A stretch of 57,669 nt of DNA, counting the filler, from Porpidia crustulata (taxonomy: Eukaryota): the NCBI GenBank assembly GCA_964255105.1. It is 5 parts of 5 records of this genome, joined end to end, with 100 filler letters (N's around TTAATTAATTAA, not from the genome) between each part and the next. Parts side by side here need not be neighbours in the genome. Positions count along the whole stretch, not along the records: positions 46,227 to 57,669 come from CAXUWE010000659.1; 4 more parts are not named here. One strand, 5' to 3'. A model generated the notes under the pieces. That model searched no databases, was not told the origin of the DNA, and saw nothing but the letters and a program-made list of their open reading frames with translations. This document shows, piece by piece, positions 49,619-57,669 of the stretch (position 1 is the first letter of the stretch; every line of letters starts with the position of its first letter). The position numbers and the translations under genes were made by a program.

Positions 49619-51711
49619 TCATGCACCATTCCTACTCACCCTTGCTGATCTTCGACGCTCGCTCGGAGCTTCCTCCTTCGCTGCTTTGCCCGTTGTACTT
49701 TTCTGCTTTTCTACTTTGCCCTTCCTCTCGGATTGGGCACCAACTCTTCTCTTCTTGCTTGGTGGCTTGCTCTCATCATCCTTGTGGTCGTCGCTAATGA
49801 CACCTTCTGGCTTGGACTCTCTGTCTTCGTGCTTCATCGAACGTTGAGTGCCTGCTGGCGTCTTTGATGTTTGCCTGGCTTCTTCATCTTCGTGCTTTGC
49901 AGGACGTTTTTTGCCTTTTGGTACCTCTGTCGTTGGCTCAACTTTTGCGTCCTGTTCTTCATGGGAATTGACCTTCTCTTGACTTTTCGTCGTCTTCTTC
50001 TTAATACCGCGCGGCTGTGATGCCACAAGAACTTTTTCTTCTTCATCAGATTTGATCGTCTTATCTTCCTTGTTCATCTTTTCTCGGTGAGCCTTCCCGC
50101 CAACCTTTGTGCTTTCACGCGGCTTCGCTTTGCCACCGGTTTTATCGTCCTGATCCGTTTCACCGTCATCTTCTTCACTTTCACCAAGATCTCCTGCGAC
50201 GGGTCCTGTCTTTTTCTGTACGCTCGGTACTATGGCGCTCGTTCTCCCACCCACGGTAATATGCTTAATACTTGCTCCATTCGGTAGCTTTTTCGGATCA
50301 TCTTTCTTACCTTTGCCCCATCGATGCTTGAACAGCCATTCCTCGGGAAACTTGCTGCTATCTGATAGCGTTGATACGGCAAGGCCGCAGACATAATGTA
50401 GAGAGCTGTGTAGTTGTTTGACTTGTTTCGATGTCAGTGTATTACTGTATTGTTCTGGGTGAATGCGGGCGTCATAAAGGAGCTCGTCACCAACCTATGA
50501 AGAACGCACAATTAGCATTACAGTTTTACGATTAAGCCTGAATTCTGCAGGATTTCCTCAGTCCTTATGATAGATAAGTGTCCCAAAGCTCATGCCTGCT
50601 TTCTAAGGGGGAGTAATTGACTGCAGAACATCGAGCTTACCCAATTACCTATTCCGCTAATGTTAGCTTGGTCTAGTAGAAGAGCTTTGATCGGGACTCT
50701 CTTGCTACCAAGCTTTTCTCCTAACCATTCTTCGGTCAATATGTCCTTATCAATCACTGGATCAGGACCGTTCTCTTTTAGTGGAGTAGTTTTACGCATA
50801 TCTTCCGCTGTACATCCGATGAGACGTATTCTCGCGAACCTCCGAGAATCAACAAAAGCAGCTTCGGTCTTTGGTTCTTCGGCGGTGGTAAGGGTAAATT
50901 TCCAAAATTTCGGAGGCCAAATCGGCTCTTCTGGCTTTGTGGGCCTGTAGTACGCTGTCTCCTCGTTACGGATCTTCCACCAGCCCGTCATGCCAAAATG
51001 GAACAGTGGATGCGGTGGGGATGACATGACGAGCCTGTGATACTGTCAGTCTAAACATAGTAGCTTGATAAAAGCAAATGCACAACAGGAAAGAATCTGG
51101 ATCAAGATCAAAGGAGTAGAGCTGTTACTCAACCACTACAGCCAAAACTCCTTGCGGGGTGTCCGAGGCAATAGCACGAATCCGTAACCCACAATGGTAC
51201 ACAGAACATGTACAGTAGTACTTTTTGGGTCTGCTTCATTGCATTTTAGAAATCCATAGAAGCTGAAGCTCACTCGAAGAGCAATTTCGATAGCCCTGGC
51301 TTTTTGCCGTGAGAAATCTATCCTATACGAACGTGCACTCTGTGCGGCAAGCACAATTTCAAAGGCATGGGAGTAGTACGCAGGATGTTAGGACTGATTC
51401 ACTCGGGATGAATATCAAATTGAGAAGCTACACGAGTTGAGTTTGCTAGAGATTTCCTCACCAGAAGTATTTGCCTTGCTGTCTAGCATCGACGACCTTC
51501 TTACCCGTAAGGGCCTTCTCAAACTCGGCAGCAGAAGTCCCGACTTTTCCGTAGACATTCTCATCGTGCTGCGCCTTAACTACCGCCAATGTTTTACCAA
51601 CGAGGTGCTTATGTATGTAGTGAACGATGCGAGCAACTAATTTAATTTCATTAGCCCTTAGTCGATGTAAGGATGGAATTGCTGGAACATACCTTCCCCG
51701 ATCTCCGGCAT
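49619..51711 (-). CDS. fpg: Formamidopyrimidine-DNA glycosylase (Fpg/MutM, fungal type) with a Lys/Glu-rich tail, 4 exons
   Basis: Catalytic N-terminal MPEIGEV, QQGKYFW, HFGMTG, FVDSRRFARI and the H2TH motif IKALLLDQANISGIGNWVGDE. Confidence 0.9.
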
Positions 51712-52269
51712 TTCGACAGCCTATCTGGAATATCGATTGGTAAGAAAAGTATGGCAAAGGTTAAGGACAGTTCGACGCCTTAGCTCTACCAGCAGTGCCG
51801 AATAGAAGTGTCGACAACCAGTGGAGCGCGAAGAATGATAGTGGCAGAAAATCGCGAGAAAAAATCTGGACGTTACTCGAAGAATCCAATCGGAGTACCG
51901 ACTCAGACAGATCAAATCCCTAAATGCTCTTTATGTCTTTCTAAACTAAAAGGGCTCCGTATAAAATCGCGAGGTCACGTGCCACCGCGACTTGGGGCTC
52001 CCTGACGGGATGACGATCCTGACCTTCTCGTCTATCTACTCTACATCGCATTTTCGCATTAACGCAAAACTAGAATTCAAGGCCGTTCTTTGTTACCTGT
52101 TGTATGTTATTGCAAGTTAGCTGGACAAAATGCAGTCTTGACTTGAACCTATGCAATATTGTTGCTAATAATTTATCCTCCAGGATACTCTTACAAGGTG
52201 GCAGGCTTCTTTTGGGCCCGATCGACTCAGAAAGAGGACCTCACTATTGTCGAGAAGTCACAAGGCAAT

Positions 52270-52909
52270 ATGTCGCAACCCTTGAATACGCCAAACCTAA
52301 CGCCGCAGTTCTGTTTCAACCAGACAGCATTACGAGGTGAGACTGACGGTTACACTTCGATCTGATTAACTCGAGCTAATTAAAGTATACCCAAGAGTAG
52401 ATTTTCTTCGCATATCTCGTGGCACCATCGATGACTCAATAGCGCAGAACCTCAACGCTCTAATAACTCCGTCAAGGGCAGGTTTCGATCCATCTTCTAC
52501 AGCAGAGCGGCAAATACGGCCTTTGAGTCGTCGGCCTGCGGATCTCCAATCATGTGAAAACTTCAAGAAAGATGTACTTTTTCGATCATGGCAGACAAGA
52601 TCAGATGTATTGAGCTACTGCGCCGGCGTAGCTCTAGATCCTAGCGATCCTGATCTTGAACTGAGGCATGCAGAGTCTATCAAAGACCGGGAAAGAATCG
52701 TTGATGAACGACTTGACCCTTACAGCGGCCGCTTTTTCCCACGAGAAGCACGGACCGAGTCGCTGGCCAACCTCGTCAGGAACGAAAGGAGTGTAGAGAG
52801 CATCATAAGAGCAAGGACATGGAATTTAGTCACGGAAAGATGTGGTGATACTGGAATCACTTGGGAAGAGGCGTTGAACAGATGGCGGCAAAGTCATGAC
52901 AGTCGTTGA
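52270..52909 (+). CDS. MIX23: Mix23/Cid2 (caffeine-induced death protein 2) family mitochondrial protein
   Basis: LTPQFCFNQTALR/DFLRISRGTIDDSIAQNLNAL, LFRSWQTRSDVLSYC, ERLDPYSGRFF and VESIIRARTW...ERC. One intron. Confidence 0.85.
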
Positions 52910-53683
52910 TGATGTGCGAGGTGTCTATCGTAGATGAGGCGCGATCGAAAGCATAAGCATGGGCGATATCTTTTGCATTTCTGCTACGATACATCTGCCC
53001 CGGAGTACGGATTTTATCTAAGCAAAATCATAACGGACAGATACTTTCTTGCCAGTTTTCCAAATCTCTGTTGGGAGTTGATACATATAGTGAAATAGCA
53101 AGAAAACAGGAGCGGCCGCATTTGGTCCAACATTCCCTCTATTATAATACACTCTACAATGCCATTCAGTCTGTATTTGTATGATACTGAAGAGGCTTGT
53201 CCTCCACATCTTCACATGCCGGGTTGACTCGGTAGGTAGGGTGGTAGGATTTCAGACATGTTGCTGGGTGATTAGTTCGAAGTCAATATTAGTGTCTAGA
53301 TATTACGAAGAGTTATATGGCTGAGTGAAATAGTATCATATCTTTGCACTGTATTCAACCTTCGTTACTTGATACATATTTTACTCTATCTTGTGTCCGA
53401 GGTGTACCGCGAATGATTTTCTCACGGCTTAGTGAAGCACCTCGGACCTGGAAACTCATCCCAGCGAAATTATCTATCATCCTGAATATTTCAATAAAAT
53501 ATTTCCACCGGTTGTTACCTAGATTGAGCCTAGATAATTACATGATGAAATTCCGAGGATAAATGATTTCAAAGGCGCATACTGCTTCGTGTGTGTGGTC
53601 TTTTGGGGACTCCATTTAGTCCCTACGGAAGGTCTCCCTGCACAGCAGCTCCTGCCTGTGTGTGCCTTGTCTTTGGATTGGTT

Positions 53684-56311
53684 ATGCCTCAACAATTGCC
53701 CTCAAAGGAGCGCTCGCTCTTTACTCAAGTTGTTAAGAACTATGAGAACAAGCAGTTCAAGAAAGGTAGGACTATGCGCCTGGAAAGTCTACCGTGTAGC
53801 TAACGACTATCAAAGGTCTCAAGGCAGCAGACCAGATCCTCCGCAAGGTCCCTAACCATGGAGATACTCAGGCCATGAAAGCTCTCATAATCAACTCCCA
53901 AGGAAATTCAGACGAAGCTTTTGCCCTTGCGAAACTAGCTTTAAAGAACGATATGGCGTCACACATATGTTGGCATGTCTATGGATTACTTTGGCGATTT
54001 GTCAAGAATTTCGAGGAGGCTATCAAAGCATACAGGTTTGCGTTGAAGCTGGAACCTGAGTCGCAGCAAATACAGAAGGATCTAGCACTGTTACAAATTC
54101 AAATGCGAGACTATCAGGGCTATATCCAAAGTCGACGGACAATACTCCAGTCTAGGAGTGGGCTACGACAGAATTGGACCGCGCTGGCAATCGCACAACA
54201 TTTAGCGGGTGAATTGGCCGATGCCGAGCAGACCCTCTCTACCTATGAAGATACCCTCAGATCGCCTCCACCGAAGACGGACACCGAGCACTCGGAGGCT
54301 ACTCTGTATAAGAATACAATCATTGCAGAAATGGGGGAGACCGAGCGGGCTTTAGAGCATCTGGATGCCGTATCTAAAAATAGTCTGGATAAAACAGCGG
54401 TCCTGGAGATGCGAGCACACTACTTACTGAAGCTCGGTAGGAAACAAGACGCCGAGAAAGTATACCGGGCGCTGCTAGCTCGGAATGCCGAATTTCGGCC
54501 ATATTACGAAGGACTTCAAGCTGCTCTGGACTTAGATAAGACAAATATCAAATCTTTGAAGAGCATGTATGATGAATTTGTATTGAAAAATCCTAAGGGG
54601 GATGCTGCCAGAAGAATTCCCTTAGATTTCTTGGAGGGTGATGACTTTCGGGAAACGGCTGATCAGTACCTACAGCATATGTTTCACAAGGGAATACCGT
54701 CTACTTTTGCGAACATCAAAGCTCTATACGCTAACAAAATAAAAAGAGAGGTAATCCAAAGTCTGGTAGAAAGCTATGCAGCTGGCACCCACGTTCCACA
54801 AGCTAATGGCTCTCCTGGGAAACAAGTCAATGGTCATGTAACTCTGTTCGACGATTCTGTACGATATTTCCTTGCGCAGCACTATAATTACCATCTTAGC
54901 CGGGATCTGCCCAAAGCCATGAAAATCGTCGGCCAAGGAATAGAGTCGAAGCCTGACTCGGTGGATCTCCACATGACGAAAGCCAGAATTCTAAAGCATG
55001 AGGGGAAAGTACGAGAAGCTGCAGAGATGATGGAAATTGCAAGAACTCTAGATGTAAGGGATCGTTACATCAATACAAAAGCCGCGAAGTACCAGTTACG
55101 AAATAACGACAATGAAGGAGCCATTACTAACATGGGTAAATTTACGAGGAACGAGGCCGTTGGGGGTGCGCTGGGGGACCTTCACGATATGCAATGCGTG
55201 TGGTTTATTACTGAGGATGGAGAAGCCTATCTGCGCCAAGGTAAACTTGGTTTGGCTCTGAAGCGGTTTACATCTATTCATAATATCTTTGAGATATGGC
55301 AGGAAGACCAATTTGACTTTCACACGTTTTCGTTACGAAAAGGCCAGATACGGGCATATGTGGACATGATAAGATGGGAAGATTATCTCAGAGAGGATCC
55401 ATTTTTCTCTCGCTCGGCTATTTCTGCTGCCAGAATCTATATCACGTTGCACGATCGCCCGCATCTTGCCAACGAACCTATGGCGGACGGTATGAATGGT
55501 GTTCTCAATAAGATGAATGCTGCTGAGCGTAAGAAAGCCCAGAAGAAAGCCAAGAAGGAGAAAGAGAAGCAAGAGCAGATAGAGGCAGAGAAGAAAGATG
55601 CGAAAAAGACTGCGGGGGGGCCCGATGCTGAGAATAAGAAAGAGGATAAAGACCCCAAGGGTATAAAGCTTTTGCAGACTGCGGAACCTCTGATGGACGC
55701 CATGAAGTTTGTGGCGCCACTACTGGAATTTAGCTCGAAGAATGTTGAGGCGCAGCATACCGGGTTTGAGATTTTCATCCGAAGAAGTAAGTGTCCCTGA
55801 CCGTGCAATTCTAAAAACGGTGCGCTAAAAGACATCTCTAGAGAAGTATCTCCTTGCCCTCCGCTGTCTACTTACAGCTCACTCCATGGATAAAATGAAT
55901 CCTACAACACACGAACAGTCTATCCGACTCCGCCACGCCCTTAATTCACTCTTTGAGCCACTGAACCCAAAGTTGAACGAGGTTATAGAATCAGAATTCT
56001 CCTCAATTCTTCCCAAAGACACCGATCTCTCCCAATACAATTCCGACTACCTATCAAAAAACAGCAATAGTGCCGCTCATGTGCAAGCTAGTATTTGTGC
56101 CCGAAATTTCTTGGAACTTGAGAGTCACTTGGAAAACCAAAAAGATATCCTTCGAACGCTAGCGCTTGGCTCGGTTTCTCAAAAGGATGCAGTCCGTGGT
56201 TTGGAGCTACTCAATGCATGGCAGGCAGATCAGAGAATCTGCGATGATTATATTGCTGCTGCGCACGAACGATGGCCACATGCTGGTACCTTTGAGAAGA
56301 AAGGGACGTGA
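53684..56311 (+). CDS. NAT1: NatA N-terminal acetyltransferase auxiliary subunit (Naa15), 3 exons
   Basis: MPQQLPSKERSLF...YENKQFKKG, SHICWHVYGLL, DRYINTKAAKYQLR, EDQFDFHTFSLRK and DKDPKG. Confidence 0.95.
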
Positions 56312-56768
56312 GATTCCAGGTGATGTATAAGGTACCAACGTCTGTAAGCGGGGCCGATCCACTACTTCTGGATGGCAAAACCCACACGTGCAATCAAAGC
56401 TACAATGGAGAGCAAAATACGAGGACATCTCGCCGTTCACGATCATGTAGAATAATTGAGAGATTTGAGGGGTGAATTTGAGCCGGAACGATTGGGCGAC
56501 GTGAAGTATATAAAATGTGTAGTGGCCACAGGTCACATACAAAATTCATCAAGTCTTCTTTGTTGAAAATAAGCTACATCACGTACCGTCAAAATGCATC
56601 TGCTGTAGAATTTCCATGCAACGTATCCATCACCATATTTGTTGTTGGCGGTGGGGATGAGACAGGCACACAGGGTTCCTTAGCCTTCATGGCCCATAGG
56701 GCTAGCCTTCTCGAAAAAGTTGACACAGGACACAGCTTTAAGTCATCAGAGCTCAAGGTCACTACACC

Positions 56769-57669
56769 ATGACAGACGCGTCGAAGCCTGTGTCAGCAGA
56801 AGCTGCCAAAGATGGCTCAACGTCTAAATTTCCAAAGACCACTCCGAAGCCCTCCCCCAAGCCTGTACAAAACCCCGTTTTCCGCATGATGGGTAATTCC
56901 TCCCCAACCCCCGAAGCTCGGTATTCAACTGATTCCACTACAGGCCTTCCCAACTTCCGTCTCAGACTCCCGTCTCGTAATTGGCTGATCTTCCTCTCTA
57001 TAAGTGGCTCCTTCACCACCGCTCTACTCTACGACCGCCATCACAAGAAGCGTGCTCAGAAAAGATGGTGCCATCTCGTTTCACACCTTGCACAGGACCC
57101 TATTCCCGTGAACACCATGCCCCGGAGAATCACAATCTTCCTATCTGCACCTCCAGGCGACGGGCTGAGGGTGGTACGGGAGCATTTCCATGAGTACGTG
57201 AAGCCAATCCTTGTGGCTGGAGCGCTGGATTGGGATGTTATCGAAGGAAGGAGAGAAGAGGATGTGAGAGCGGGATTGGCGGAGAAGATCAGGAAGCTGA
57301 GGCGGAGAAGGGGGGAGAAAGTGGCAGGTGAAGAGCTTCCAGAAGAAGATCTTCTGGATCAATTACGTCAGCATACAGGGACGAGGGAATGGGACGGCGT
57401 GCAGGGGGACTTAATCCTGGGTCGACACACGTGGAAAGAATATATTCGGGGCTTGCATGAGGGATGGCTAGGCCCCTTAGAAGCCCCTCGGCCTCCTGAA
57501 GCACCGCCTTCCGATCCTCCCCCAGCGCCCAATACGCCCTCTCAAGAAACCCCTTCCTTGGACCTCCAACCGACCTCTGACGATCCATCCACACCGGCAG
57601 AGCCTTCCACCCCATCCCCCGAGAAAAGCAAACCCAGCACTCCAACACCTCCGTACATCTCCCCAAGCG
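56769..57669 (+). CDS. TIM54: Mitochondrial inner-membrane translocase subunit Tim54, 3'-truncated
   Basis: NPVFRMMG/LPNFRLRLPSRNWLIF, YDRHHKKRAQKRW, PPGDGL, YVKPILVAGALDW and GRHTWKEYIRGLHEGWLGPL. One intron. Confidence 0.9.
   Translation, partial: MTDASKPVSAEAAKDGSTSKFPKTTPKPSPKPVQNPVFRMMGNSSPTPEARYSTDSTTGLPNFRLRLPSRNWLIFLSISGSFTTALLYDRHHKKRAQKRWCHLVSHLAQDPIPVNTMPRRITIFLSAPPGDGLRVVREHFHEYVKPILVAGALDWDVIEGRREEDVRAGLAEKIRKLRRRRGEKVAGEELPEEDLLDQLRQHTGTREWDGVQGDLILGRHTWKEYIRGLHEGWLGPLEAPRPPEAPPSDPPPAPNTPSQETPSLDLQPTSDDPSTPAEPSTPSPEKSKPSTPTPPYISPS

Noticed and set aside
53541..53600. ATGATGA box-C-like motif upstream of NAT1 (and TGATGA in the cot-1 intron)
   Set aside because: No correctly spaced CTGA box D or terminal stem.

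Overview
Fungal (filamentous ascomycete, Pezizomycotina-type) genomic DNA with GT-AG introns. The window is not one locus. It is five unrelated contigs (11466, 11457, 11456, 11447, 11443 bp, in descending size order) joined by identical 100-nt N44-TTAATTAATTAA-N44 spacers. Contigs 2, 3 and 5 are dense housekeeping regions: MZT1, CUE5, DHX35, PITH protein, VPS20, RIX7 and a PAP2 phosphatase; a GH81 glucanase, UTP14, MRPL27 and a HECT ligase; COT1/CBK1, Fpg, MIX23, NAT1 and TIM54. Contig 1 is a decaying accessory region: a divergent hybrid-B heme peroxidase / BBE-like FAD oxidase pair among three pseudogenes (FTA2-like kinase-fold, subtilisin, GtaA glutaminase), ending in a Fot1/pogo transposon terminus. 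Contig 4 is the most interesting part: two head-to-head pairs of secreted-protein genes (SGNH hydrolase / astacin-like metalloprotease; subgroup-C killer-toxin-like GH18 chitinase / 5xLysM protein with a decayed sixth LysM), then a DUF7730-like gene beside AT-rich repeat DNA. The protease has a single in-frame TAG just before its Met-turn, in a context matching fungal A-to-I stop-correction editing. All family calls come from motif recognition; no searches were run.
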